From Octopus sinensis (taxonomy: Eukaryota), in contig NC_043000.1 in the NCBI RefSeq assembly GCF_006345805.1, forward strand, positions 64,666,001 through 64,730,000: a stretch of DNA of 64,000 nt, in the 5' to 3' direction. Positions 40,101 through 51,900 of this stretch are shown piece by piece (within the stretch, counting starts at the first letter, position 1; each line of letters starts with the position of its first letter). Under the pieces are notes generated by a model. That model made no database searches. It was not told where the DNA came from and was given only the letters and a program-made list of their open reading frames with translations. The position numbers and the translations under genes are program-made.

Positions 40101-41070
40101 CTTTTAGTTCGACCGTCCAAATGTCTTTTGGAGTCTTGAACTTTTCGATTTTGTGCACGCGGGAATTATTTGCAGTGATCATTTCGAGTGCATGTGTATC
40201 GTCATCTGATTCATCGTCGGTATGTATCTCTACTTTATGTACAAATTTTCTTGATTTGCACATTTTTGCATAGTGTCCTTGTTTCTTGCATTTTTCACAT
40301 GTCTTGTGAAATGCTGGGCATTTATTTCTTTTGTGATTATAACCACAATAGTGACAGTTAGTGACGTAGTGTTGACTTGGCGCTTGAAACTTCGCGGGCT
40401 TTCTGTCACTTCCGCCTTGTTCGTTTTGATGTCTGGATTGCATATGGCGGGTTATTTGAGTTTTGGCGCCTTTTCTGTCGTGTTGACTATATACCCTCGA
40501 GATTTCGTTATCTCTTGTTTCGGATGTGGCATTTAGCATCCTTGATTGGAGTCGTGTTTGCTCTGCACTCTGACCTGCTTGAATTGTTTTTTGTAGGTCT
40601 ATATTTGGTTCTCTCAATAATCTTTCTCTTAATCTCATGTCTCTGATTCCACATATCAGAATATCTTTGGTGAGACTGTCTGTGAGGTTGCCGAATTCGC
40701 ACTGTTGTGCCTTTTGGCGCAACTCTACTACGTACTCATCGAATTTTTGATGTTCCGCTTGTCCACATGTGAAGAATTTGTGTCTTAGGAAAGTTATGTT
40801 TTTCCTGGGTTCACAATATGCATCGAATTTTTCGATTACTGTCTGAAGGTTCATTTCTTCGTCGGGTGAATCGAAATCCAGTGTGGAATGGATATCTCGG
40901 CCTTTAGAACCGATGCAAGTTAAAAACATTGAAGTTTTTACTTTGTCTGGCTTCATGTCACTTTCTGTTGCTATCAAAAAGAGATTGAATTCTTTTTTCC
41001 ACTTTTTCCATGCTGCGGCTAGATTTTCCTGGTTAAAGTCTAGGTCTTTTGGATGCGGTAAATTTTCCAT
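37126..41070 (-). CDS. Gag-Pol polyprotein, 1314 aa from the first ATG (gag, double Zn knuckle, protease, RT, RNase H, integrase)
   Basis: CHYCGYNH...C/CEKCKKQGHYAKMC; KIDTGADV; LDASNGYWQIP and SQDD; TDAS...E...DHKPL; HTGH...CSYC, GTDVF, SDNGPEF, NGMVER. The track ORF (41094) starts at a TTG; the first ATG is at 41070. Confidence 0.95.
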   Translation of the reverse strand: MENLPHPKDLDFNQENLAAAWKKWKKEFNLFLIATESDMKPDKVKTSMFLTCIGSKGRDIHSTLDFDSPDEEMNLQTVIEKFDAYCEPRKNITFLRHKFFTCGQAEHQKFDEYVVELRQKAQQCEFGNLTDSLTKDILICGIRDMRLRERLLREPNIDLQKTIQAGQSAEQTRLQSRMLNATSETRDNEISRVYSQHDRKGAKTQITRHMQSRHQNEQGGSDRKPAKFQAPSQHYVTNCHYCGYNHKRNKCPAFHKTCEKCKKQGHYAKMCKSRKFVHKVEIHTDDESDDDTHALEMITANNSRVHKIEKFKTPKDIWTVELKVNNSNVTFKIDTGADVTVLPFREYRNIIPKPQLQKTSTRLSAYNNTAIKVLGKCTAVIKYKELSKQIKFIVAKTNSHAVIDANTAKDLNLIQRISKINSSNTNDKLEKYEDCFGEIGTLSITHHITVDPQITPVIHPPRSVPFSIKEKLNKELKRMTELDIIKPVSEPTDWVNSLVIVEKANGKLRLCLDPKNLNKAIKRQHFKLPTAEDIFAQMHNPKYFSKLDASNGYWQIPVDEESSHLLTFNTPFGRYHFTRLPFGIHSASEVFQNEISKIIEGIEGARNSQDDIIIWSNTLEEHTNRLQQVFDRIRKHRLKLNKSKCIFYESQIKYLGHILTSEGIKQDPTKVQANIHMPLPTSKKELQRFLGMTNYLCKFLSNYSEVTAPLRQLLQSDTLWSFDKPQIEAIKKLKEMITRKPVLQFYDPDLPIKITTDASKHGLGAILEQKHNERWLPVSFASRATTQAEQNYCPIESEALSIVFACKKFHQFIYGTHFRIENDHKPLKQIFKKSITKCPPRIQRFLLTLQRYDFDLNHIPGKESIVADTLSRAYLEQNTPEVPDEDMKSHIHAVIKNYPITDTKLKEYKEATSDDPSLQTLVTYTRTEWPPKDKIPINIKPFVSVRDEISIVNGLVLKGSRIIVPKSLRREALQEIHTGHMGIEKCIERAKECIYWPGINAQIKDMINTCSYCIDYKNQQAAEPLINHEIPTTPWTKVGTDVFHLSGNSYVTIIDYTTRFFDLHEINDCQSKTVIKKLKETFAKFGIPQTVVSDNGPEFNSAEFKKFAKNWHFHHTKTNPHYHQANGMVERNIQTIKKMLKKAFKSDEEPQLALLALRTTKLQNGAPSPANQIMNRTLRTNLPNILHDKIGIRPHEKKKSNITTELPELKPHNTVRIKFNNNWFRRGKIIKKLEQPRSYLVITEEGNTVKRNRQHILKTNEHVRITEELDYENIFPKSTNTHEKTKTAQLQNSTLQNNKTTKSGRRIIIPCRYR

Positions 41071-41137
41071 TTCGTCTTTGAAGTATGATTTCAACTTCTT
41101 TTTTCCTTTGGTTTCTGTATTTTGGGTTCTTTTAGTA

Positions 41138-41148
41138 TTCTGACACCA
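41138..41148 (-). promoter_or_regulatory. Primer-binding site TGGTGTCAGAA (complementary to the tRNA-Leu(CAA) 3' end)
   Basis: Directly follows the 5' LTR. Complements ...UUCUGACACCA, the 3' end of metazoan tRNA-Leu(CAA) as recalled. Confidence 0.8.
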
Positions 41149-41386
41149 TGTTGTTGTTATATATATGTAATGTATTGAGTATTAAAGGAAGTAGTGAGTA
41201 CTTAGTATGAAAGATTAAGAAAATGAGAGAGACTGAAACAACGTGTTAACGATACAAGATACTTTATTCGACTGCCGTTGTTGTACAAGTTAATTGTTTT
41301 GGCGGGAAACAAAGTGAAAGTCCTTTTATCAAGGGAGACAATGGGCGACGTTGATTGTTCATGTTTGTTGTGATGATTATATAACA
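41149..41386 (-). repeat. 5' LTR
   Basis: See 3' LTR. Confidence 0.97.
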
Positions 41387-42879
41387 TGGCCTACAGAACT
41401 TTCTGAAAGGCATACTCAGTAAGATATTACCTTGAAATTCATTAGTAGTATAGGTTGCCTGATGATGAGTTATGGCAGATGCAGCCTACTTTACAAAATA
41501 GGTTGCCCATGTTTGCTCCAAGCATAACCCCCTTGGGGTCCATATAAGATTTTGGGAGGGTCTACACAGGCAAAACAGTAAATTAGGTATCCACAATAGT
41601 ATATTAAGGGTCTGTGAAAATATTTTGCATTTGATGTATTTACTGCAAGAAACAGCTAGATTTCCTCCTCTAACTTTTTACATAGTTCAACCAACACAAT
41701 AGGACTTTTGAAGGAAGTTTCTATAAAACTAGTTTTTAAAAACTGGATGGCATTGCAAGTCCACCTGAGTAAAATAGTAATCAAAGGGGTCCATAGATAA
41801 AAAAAATGGTTGAGCAGCTCAGCTCAAAGCAGTTACTCAACCTGCTAGAAATAACAGCCAAGTCTCACTCAAGCACACTACACCATTTTAAAAAAGGACA
41901 GCTTGGCCAATGCAGACCTAGATATATTATACTTGAAGAAGTGATCATGCCTAGAAATGTTTTTGATGAAGGCTGACCTTGAGCTAAGCAACATCAACAG
42001 CAGCTGCAAAAGCTTCTCACCAGATACTGACTTTTGCCCCCATAAACCTTAAATTTCACAATAACATAAAACTCAGTTCTTCAACTCTCCACTAACAACC
42101 TATCTTCATATTATCTTAAGACATTCCTACATTAATGACACAAACATAAACACGTTCACCAAGTGACCTAAAAAGACAGCCATATCTCTCTGGTTGTATA
42201 TCGTTATATATCTTATAGAGACTAATTCACCAAGCAACACATCTCTCTCTCTCTCTTTTCCTAACACCTACTTTACCTACTGGCCTCTACACTCAACCAA
42301 TGAGCTACTCATTAACCTCTCACACAATAGGTATCTGATTGCTTCAACATCATCTTTCTAATCACAATAGATAGATACCAAGAAATACTTCCACTAAAAA
42401 AAAGTTAAAAGGAAATAACATTTGTAAGATAATATCACCAGTGACTGACTGGCTACATTTTTTACAATTCACACCCAAAATCCCAATGCAGGGAGCATCT
42501 ATAAGGTCACCAAGTATGCTAGAAATACCAGTTAAATCTCTCACACCACACACACTACAAGCTTATATAAGAAAAGGACACATTACATAATTAGATAATG
42601 TAGTCTCACAAACTCCTAAAAAGATAGGATACTCATAATCAAAATACATTATAAGTTTGCTCATTTGGGGTTGACTTGGGCTAAACTATAACAGCTAAAA
42701 CCCAAGCATTTATAGTTCAAAATAGAGCTGTGTGATTTTTGTTTAGATACCTTCTTATCCTATATGTGGTTCTTAGCCTTTTTGTCTTGATGCTGCCCAG
42801 GGGAACAAGCAAACATTTTGTGCACTTTATAAAGAAAGATCAACAAGAAAAACAACCCTTGGGCTGAAACTAATTAAAG

Positions 42880-43490
42880 AAAATAACTTTTAAGAATTTA
42901 GAACAAAGATGTATCTGGCTTTTGTTGATTTGGAGAAGGTGTTTGACAGAATACCATATTCAGTTATTATTTGGTGGTCACTGAGGAAACTAAGTGTAGC
43001 TGAATGGCTTGTGAGGCTGTACAAGCTGTGAACAAAGATGCAGTAAGTAAAATGAGAGTCAACAACAGTTTCATCAATAAATATAGCATGAAGGTAGGAG
43101 TTCATCAAGATTCAATCCTCAGTCCTCTCCTTTTCATCATAGTCCTACAGGCCATCACAGATGAGTTTAAGATTGGATGTCATGGGAACTCCTCTATACT
43201 GATGACTTAGTTTTCGTAGGGGAATTAGAGAGGAAGCCTCCATATAAACTTAGCAAAGACTAAGGTTTTACTAAGTAGGAAAGAAGTCAAGAACCTGGTA
43301 CCTTTAGAGGAAATGATTTTGTTTGATATGCTGGGAAGGAGTAGGTATAAACTTCATGTGCTGTGCCCATTGTAAGCTATGGACACATAAGAAGTGTAGT
43401 TGAATCACAGGCAAATTAACAGAGAAAGTAAGCTTCATATGTGACAGATGCACTGGAGCAGTAGGTATTATGAGCACACCAGAAATAGAA
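42880..43490 (+). mobile_element. RTE LINE RT-core fragment
   Basis: MYLAFVDLEKVFDRIPYSV..WWSLRKLSVAEWLV and VGVHQDSILSPLLFIIVLQAITDEFKIGC, followed by a decayed LYADD region. Confidence 0.85.
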
Positions 43491-44269
43491 ATTCCATACT
43501 AATGCTTGAACATCTTGAAAAAATGTGTTGTTAGTAATTTTGTTAAGCACGAATATGATTCATAAAACAAAGTAAGTATTAATTTCCTAAACTTTCATCA
43601 TCATCATCATACAACAGCAGCAGCAAAACCACCACCACCACTATCAACATCATCATCATTTGACATCATTGTTCCTCTCTGTAACTCGAGGATACACCCT
43701 GACACAGCTTCACCATCTTCTCTCTTTTTTCCAATTGAGGTAACCATGTATTTCCTCCACAGCAAAACATTTGTTTCTGTCCCTCCGTCGTGCTTTAACC
43801 TCTCATCACATGGCACAAAGCTACCTGTCTCAATACTTTAGTTGAAAGGTTTTGTTTTGCAAATTGCTTGCTGGTCCCACATAAAAAAAAGCGCCCTGTA
43901 CACACTGTAAAGTGGTTAGGTTAGGAAGGGTATCCAGCCTTAGAAATCATGCAAAAGCAGACAGTAGAGTTTGACACTGTACTCCAGCTCACCAGTTCCA
44001 TGTCAAATTATCCATGCCAGCATGGAAAACAGGCATTAAATAATGATGAGGATGTCCGATGCTGGCATCAACTGGGCAGTCTGACAGAATCTGATGGGAT
44101 GGGTATAAAGATTGCATCATGTTCCTCTATCTACTTTGGTGTAGTTTCAATTGACGGATGCCCTTCTTAGTGCCAACTATGTCAAAGTAAACAGTGGTGG
44201 ATGATGTAGTGCTTGGATCCATCAGATCCTGACAAAAGCACATCAATATTTATCATCATCAACATTTAA

Positions 44270-46200
44270 CATTCATCTTTCATGCAAGCATGGGTTGGAC
44301 AGTTTGACAGGAGCTAGGCAAGGCAAGTTGAGTGCTGCACCAGGTTCCATTGTGTGCTTTGGCATGGTTTTTATGGCTAGATATCTTGCCTAACACCAAC
44401 CACTTTGCAGAGTGTACTGGGTGCTTTTTTTATGTGGAATTGGCCTTGGCACCAACATCAGCAGGGTTGCCAAGTAACTTGTGAGATGAAGACCTCTCAG
44501 TTGGGAGAGGGAGTGGAACAGAGGGAGGTGATTTTGTGCCAGTCGAGAGGTTAAAGTATATTGGAAGGATAGAGATAGGTGTCTTACTATAGATGAGATG
44601 TTTGGTTTCCCCACTAGGAAAAGAAAGGAGAGAAGGGAGAGATAGAGTTAGAAAGATAGATAGATAGATAAATAGAGAGAAAGTGAAAGAGAAGTGATAC
44701 AGAAAGGATAGAAGGGGATGTTCCATAAGAGTGTGAGGGGAGATGTTTAGAGACAGAGGAAGAGGTGACTGTAGCAAATGATGGGGTGATAAACGAATGA
44801 CTAGAGGTGGGTGCTATGGTAGATATGTGAGGAAATGGAGAGTGTATGAGTAGGCATGTAAGGGATAGTGGAAGGGCCTACCACTGGTGGTGGGATGTGG
44901 GGTTTTGGTAAGATGGGTTGTGGGGTAGTTTTGAGAGAGGACAGATTATGTGTGTGGGGGTATGTGGGGAGGGCATGACTACAATTTTAATTTGCTTGAC
45001 ATGTCTTTTCAAGCACAGTGAATCACCAGAAGTCTCAGTCCCTCACCATCTCCTCTGCGAGGCTCAACATCTGCAGATCATTTCTCATTACTTCATCCCA
45101 TGTCTTCCTGGAGCTACTTATTCCACAAGTTCTCTCCACAGTTAGAGATTTGCATTTTTTTATGCAGCTCTCTTCATTCATACACATCACATGACCATAC
45201 CGGCACATTTTCTTTCTTGCACTCTATATCTGATGCATCATATATCCAGTTTTTCTCTTAGGACATTTGCACTCTGTTGTATATGCACACTGACATTGTA
45301 CGTCCAGCAGAGCATATTGGTTTAATTTCTTTTAAGCCTTTGTATGTTCCCTGTAGTTACAGCCCATGTTTCACTGCCATGTAGCATAGCTGTCCATACA
45401 CAGCCATCATTCAGTCTGCCTTTCACTCTACAAAAGTAGTAGATTTCTGAACTTTGTCCAGCCTATTCTTATTCTAGCAACTATGCTTCATAGCATCCCC
45501 TACCACAGCTAACTTGGCCACCTAGGTAACAGAAGCTATCTAGTACTTCTAATGATCCTCCAAGATATTGGAGGGAATTTATTTCTTGTGCATTCTCAGT
45601 GATTATTGTACCTGCACATCTGCCACACAAAAAGACTACTTTCTCTGTTTATCTTCCTATGATACTGCTGCACCTCTTATCTGTCTATAGCTTGCACTAA
45701 ATGCACCATATGAAATTCCTACTTATACATTTTCTACATACTGAGCAGAGCTTTCTCCCTGAAGAGATTGATGATTTGTCTGCTTTCCTGCTTACTGGGA
45801 CGGTAGTCTTTGCTAAATTAACTCTCATTTGATTCCAGACCTAGCAATCAATACCTGAAAGAGATTCAGCTATAAAAACAAGGTCATTAGTGTAGAGGAG
45901 TTCCCAAAGACAATCAGTCTTAAATTCCTGTTATGGCCAAGCCATAACAGAGGGTGCTGAGAACCAATCCTTGGCAAACTCCTACCTGTATGCTAAATTT
46001 GTTGCTATGCTCATTGTCAACATTCATCTTATTGACAGCATCCATGGCTCTCACTAGCCACTCATCTATTTCTAGCTTCTGCATTGACCAACAGATAAGG
46101 AAGCAGGGACCCTGTTAAAGGCATTCTTTCTCCTTGTTGACAAAAGCCAAGCACAGAAATTCATTTTCGGCTAAATGCTTCTCTTAGAAGGAATATAGCA
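44270..46200 (-). mobile_element. RTE LINE, 5'-truncated (RT core, C-terminus and long 3' UTR)
   Basis: Minus strand gives KNAFNRVPASLICWSMQKLEIDEWLVRAM and TAMLHGSETWAVT, then a UTR ending in the (ATG)n-type tail. Confidence 0.8.
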
Positions 46201-46276
46201 TCAGTAGTGCTACTTCTGTTAGTTTTGAAATGTTACTGGTATTTTGCATATCATTTTGAAGTGACACAGACATCAC

Positions 46277-46789
46277 CAGTGTTTCACAACCATTTTTTGA
46301 CCCATAGATCCTTTTGATTCCTATTTTACTCAGATGGACCCTCCTAGCCATTTGATTTTTTAAAAATCCTATTATGTTTTTATAATTAAATATTATTAGG
46401 AATTGTTTTTAAAAAAAATTGTTAAAATATTTTGTGTATTGTAGAAGCATAAGCAATAAGAAGCTTGCTTCCCGACCACATGGTTCAGGGTTCATCCCAC
46501 TGTGGCACTTTGGTCAGGTGTCTTCTACTACAGCATCAGACTGACCAAAGCCATGTGAGTAGATTTGATAGACAGAAACTGAAAGAAGACTGTCATGTGT
46601 ATATATATTATGTGTGTGTGTATGTGTATGTGTGTGTGCACATGTTTTTGTGTCTGCATTTGTATCAAAAACCTGTTAATATTTTGTGTATTGTAGAAGT
46701 ATATAACCAATTTATTACAGATAAATTTCAACAACAAAATCTTATATGGACCCTCAAGGGCTATAATGGAGCCCAGTTGAGAACCGTTG
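46277..46789. mobile_element. hAT MITE carrying a captured SINE 5' fragment (46455-46670)
   Basis: TIRs CAGTGTTTCACAAC / GTTGAGAACCGTTG. Body colinear with 27434-27694. The insert is flanked by a ~27-bp duplication. Confidence 0.75.
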
Positions 46790-48680
46790 TTTTAGACAAT
46801 TATATTGACCCAGTATCAATTTTTAAGTGTAATGTTTATTTTTGTGATGTCAAAGGAAGGTGCTTGGCTCAGTGGTTAGAGCATCAGGCTCACAATTATG
46901 AGGCAGTGAGTTTGATTCTCATACCAGGCTGTGTATTGTGTTCTTGAGCAAGACACTTTATTTCACATTGCTCCAGTTCACTCAGCTGTAGAAATGAGTT
47001 GCAGTATCACCAGTGCCAAGCTATTTTGGTGTTTGCCTTTCCCTTGGATAACATTGGTGGTATGGAGAAGGGAGACTGGTATGCACGGGTGACTGCTAGT
47101 TTTCCACAAAACCATGCCTGGACTTGTGCTTCAGAGGGTAACTTTCTAGGTGCAAACCCATGGTCATTCATGACTGAAGAGGGCCCTATTAGTTGTTGCA
47201 CTATTAAATCACACGACATAAAGTTTTTTTTTCTTTCAGGCAGTGCTAATGTAAAGACAGACATATAAACACACACACACACTGATACACACACACATAC
47301 ACAAACATGTATACATCATACACATACATATACAACACACTTCTTAATAGTTCTTTCTACCAGTTTCATTCACATGGCATTGGTCAACCTGAGGCTCCAG
47401 TCAAAAACACTTGGCCATGGTGCCCCATGTTGAGACCATACCCCAAGATCATATAGTTTGCCATGTAAACGTCTTAGCCATGAAGTTATGCATGTTTAAT
47501 GTAGCGACATTGTCAGAAAATAAGATGAATGCTTTGATTATCATAGGTCTATTCAATCAAAGCTAACCTAGGGTTAAACAACACCTTTAGTCTATTAGTG
47601 ACAAATAAAACTTCTCATACACTCATACAAAACCACTCCTAGATTTTTTTCCCCAAGAACTACTTTATAAAATAAGCAGTAAGTAGTTCCCAGTTTTTTT
47701 CACCCCATAAAGAATAACCCCCAACCCTCACCTTACACTTCCCTGACTTCTGGAGTTATGTTTCCAATTTTTTTTTCCTTTCCATTTCATCCCAAATACT
47801 TTCCCTACTGTCCATTTCTGCTAACAAGCTAGCCTGCAACAAACAGTCTCTACTTTAGGGTCAACTTCTTGTCTGCTGCTGTTGCTGGTAGTAGTAGCAG
47901 CAGCAGCAGCAGCAGTAGTAGTAGTTCTACCCCCCACATCCCTTTTCTTTCACCACCCCATTTCTAAAACACTAACAAAGTGAACCATAAAAAACAAGTG
48001 AAGATCTTGCAAGCTTAAAAAGATGGTTATTTTAGATAATGTTGCCTAGCTACCAACTTCATTATCATCATAATCATCATCATTTTAACATCTGTTCGCC
48101 TATGACACAAACAAACTTTTTTCTTTAGCTGATTTTTGGTAATTTTTTTTTCATGTACACTTTCATACATTCATTTACAAATATATATCTATATGTTTAT
48201 TTTTAAAAATACTTATATTGTGTGCCTGCGCGTGCGCACACACACACACATGCACACACACACACACATACACATGTGCACACGCACGCACAAGCACAGA
48301 GCCACACTTCTTGCCTTTTAGCATATTTGCTTCTAGAAACTAAATAAAAGCTGCCTGCCTCACTAACACAAGCTACTGGGATTGGGTGAGCTTATCATGA
48401 TGCCAGTCAGTATTTGGAAAAAGTTGTCCTTCCCCAAAACCACAAATCTAGCTGGTATATTTATTTCTAAAGTATAATTAAAGGACTGATTTAGACAAGC
48501 CAAATAAATGATTTCGCTGAATGAAACATATTCTTACCATTATATGCAGATTATTTGCATACCTGTCTGCAATGGGGTTTAAAAAATAAAAATAAAAAAC
48601 TGAGGTAGTAATCTAAAAATGCTAAGTAGCCAATATGTAGGAAGCATAAAAATATATATAAAGGAAAGACTGTTCTGTTA

Positions 48681-48958
48681 TTGTTATATTTCAGGATGGT
48701 AATTTTTTTTTTTTGCCAAATAAACACACACACACACTCACTAGTTTATTATTGTTCATATTTTATTTTATGTCCATTGTCTGGAAATCTTTCATCACAC
48801 ATTTGTGACCTCTTCAGCGAATACATTAATGAAAAGGGTTGCTGAAGAGGTCATAAATGTATAATGAAAGATTTCCTGTCAATGGACATTGGAAGAACAA
48901 ATATATAGTGCATGTGTTTATTTGGCAACAAAAGAATGACCATCCTGAAACATAGCAA
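48681..48958. repeat. Long hairpin (arms ~120-140 nt, 22-nt loop)
   Basis: 48681-48818 is a reverse complement of 48841-48958. The inner 49 bp have 5 mismatches. Confidence 0.85.
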
Positions 48959-51900
48959 CATCTGTTTCAACATAGGCTTTCACATCAGGAATCTTGCAAA
49001 ATAAATTCATATGTTTTGTTAAATATTTTGAATCTGATGAGTCAATGCCCGTGCCCTGCAACTGACCCTCTGTGCTGGTGGCACGTTAAAAACACCTTCC
49101 AAACATGGTCAAAGCCAGTGCCCCCTGACTGGCCTCCATGGTGGTGGCACATAAAAAGCACCTTGTGAATGTGGTTGATGCCAGTCCCGCTGGATTGGCT
49201 CCCATGCCAGTGGCATGTAAAAAGCACCTGCTACACTCTCAGAATGATTGGCATTAGGAAGGGCATTCAGCTGTAGAAACCTTGCCAGATCAGATTGGAG
49301 CAGTCAAACCATCTAACCCATGGCAGTATGGACGTTAAACAATGATGATGATGATGAGTGCTCGGATGCATCTTTTATTTTCATAATCTTTTGGGTAAAG
49401 TTCTTTCTTTAAACCCTTTAGTATTTAGACCAGTCGTGTCTGGTTCAAATATTCTACCTATTTAATGTTCAGATGGACCAGATTCAGCATCTCACACCTA
49501 CCTTGCAATATCATTCTAAAAATAAACACTCACAACATTAAAATCTCTAGGCTACATGATAACACATGATTCATTTTAAAAAATGTAAATAAATAAAATA
49601 TGAATAAATGGTTCTGGGTTCAGTCCCACTGCATAGCACCTAAGGCAAGTGTCCTCTACTATAGCCTCGGGTTGACCAAAGCCTTATGATTGGATTTGGT
49701 AGACAGAAACTGAAAGAAGCCTGTTGTATATATATGTGTGTGTGTATAAGCTTATAAAATATTATTAATATATATGTATACATTTATGTGTGTGTGTGTA
49801 TGTGTGTTTATCCCCATGCCATTGCTTGACAACTGATGCTGATATGTTTACGTACCCATAGCATAGTGGTTCGGCAAAAGAGACTGATAAAACAAGTACC
49901 AGGCTTAGAAAGAATAAATCCTGGGGTCATTTTTTTCGACTAAAACTCTTTAATGCAGTGGTTTGGCAATGTCACAGTCAAATGGCTGAAACAAGTAAAA
50001 GAGTAAAATAAGTATTATATTTGACAGAGTAATTTGTTTGCTATAGGGTTAACTTGTAGCTTATTTTTGACCTGTGTGTATGCATCTGTATGGTTACCTT
50101 GTACCTTGACCTCCCATCTCTCTTTCTTTCCAGAAAGGGAAGCCATGTATTCATTTGTTCCTGTTGTTCTGCTATATTTTCATATCCCTTAATATTATAC
50201 CCAACTCAGTCAAGGGGTCTTGTCTTGTGAATACTTGGTGATCCCACCAGTGCTGGTGCCATGAAAATAGCACCTAGTAAACTCTGTAAAATGGTTGGCA
50301 TCAGGGAAAGCATCCAGCTGTAGAAGCCATTCCAAAACAGACACTGGAGCTTGGTACAACCCTCTGGTTTGTCAGTTCATATCAAACTGTCAAACCCATG
50401 CCAACTGATGATGATGTGTATGTGATTGCCAGATAAGGAAATAGAGCAATCAACATCATGTTAATAGAATTTAGAGATCTTTTTATTTTGACACTTCTGA
50501 TTTTATTGAAAATTTTAACACAAATGTAATTTATTATTATTAGTTATATATATTTTTTTGCCAAAAATTGAAAATTGCAGCCATTTTTTTGAGAAATTGA
50601 TTCTAAAAAAATTACAAGTCTTTAAAAATTAAAATTTTTTGTAATTTTAGCCAATCAGATCCATCTATTCTTGGAATGATTGAAATTGAGTTTACTATAT
50701 GTTCCTATAGCAACCAATTGAAGCTATTATTAATGATCAAGTGGAGAAGCAACAAATTGAAACCAAACAGTTGAGAGCATCATTAGTGACTGAGTAGAGA
50801 ATTTGAGAAGTTTGTGGGAAAAATAGAAAGTTCAAGAGAATGCAGTTAGTTAGTTCTAACTGAAGGAAAGAAATATGAAGTTTTGTCAATGAAAACATAA
50901 TATGGTGATATTCTTTGTTGTTGGAAATGTCTTATAGAGCTGTCAGAAAAAAAGTTAAGCAAATTTAGATTTGTGTCTGCACAGAAAGGAACCTGGTTAG
51001 AAGGTGGCATTCTTCTGCTAACAAGCCAAGCTGTGTTTGGTTATTCTCAGATGAAAGAACTTACAATTGTTTGTCTTTGTGAAGAAGGATTGCAAATGAA
51101 CCATGGCAGCAAAGTTGTTACAACAATTACATGGAAGAACCATGTGCAGAGGATTACTTCATAACCCAGTATAGTTAGGCAGTCTTGGAATAATAGTTAA
51201 GGTAGACAAAATGATGAAGTCCAGATGCAAATACAACTAAGAGTGCTACTGCAGCAGCAGGCTTTTGGAGGTGTGTGTTACAAGACCTGGCAGATATTTC
51301 TGTCTGCCGTACAAAGTTGTGACAGCAGTACACCTGAAGTATGCATGTGGGCGTTAATTCTGCTAAGAACCACTACACACACATACACATATATATAGTG
51401 ACTTGTGGTTAGTCTAATCCTGTATCCCACACATACCAGCCTAGAGACTTTCAGTATGGAATGGTGAATAGCAGTTCTAAGTTTGTCATTTTGGAAGGTG
51501 GGGCCCACATATAATCAAGTGGAAAGCATACAGAACTGCCTAAAAGTACAAATAAATGATGTTGTGGCATTCATTGTTCTGTGATTGATTTGTATCTTAG
51601 TGAATTTATTTGGTGGTTCAGACATAAAAATTTCAACCACTTTCATTGTAAAAGTTAATTTGTGGTTTTGTTTCATTTCTTTTCATTAAATATTGTTCAT
51701 CTTTAAAGATTGCATAATGATTTATTATTAACTTCTCAAAAGTAAAGTTTTTATTATTAATCCCCCTCCCCCACCGAATAACTGGTTTCCAAAATCAAAA
51801 ATAAAAAGGAAAAATGATGCCTTTCACAATCAAAACTGGATGGATCTTATTGGCTAAAATTACAAAAGAAATTAAAACTTTTAAGATACATAACTTTATT

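Larger units (their letters stand above)
36853..41386 (-). mobile_element. Full-length, recently inserted Ty3/Gypsy (Mag-like) LTR retrotransposon
   Basis: Two 238-bp TG...CA LTRs with 3 transitions, 5-bp TSD TGGCC (36848-36852, 41387-41391), PBS, PPT and a single intact gag-pol ORF. Confidence 0.97.

Noticed and set aside
37277-41143. Plus-strand ORFs overlapping the Gypsy element
   Set aside because: Antisense shadows of the gag-pol ORF with no recognisable domains.
48129-48138. 10-nt AG...GT microexon lookalikes (also 58560-58569)
   Set aside because: Such patterns are expected by chance in AT-rich DNA, with no supporting context.
48785-48820. Minus-strand CTGAAGA-G-GTCAC/GTGAT-GAAA inside the long hairpin
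   Set aside because: There is no convincing stem I or III, and the mirrored arm lacks the stem II pairing.
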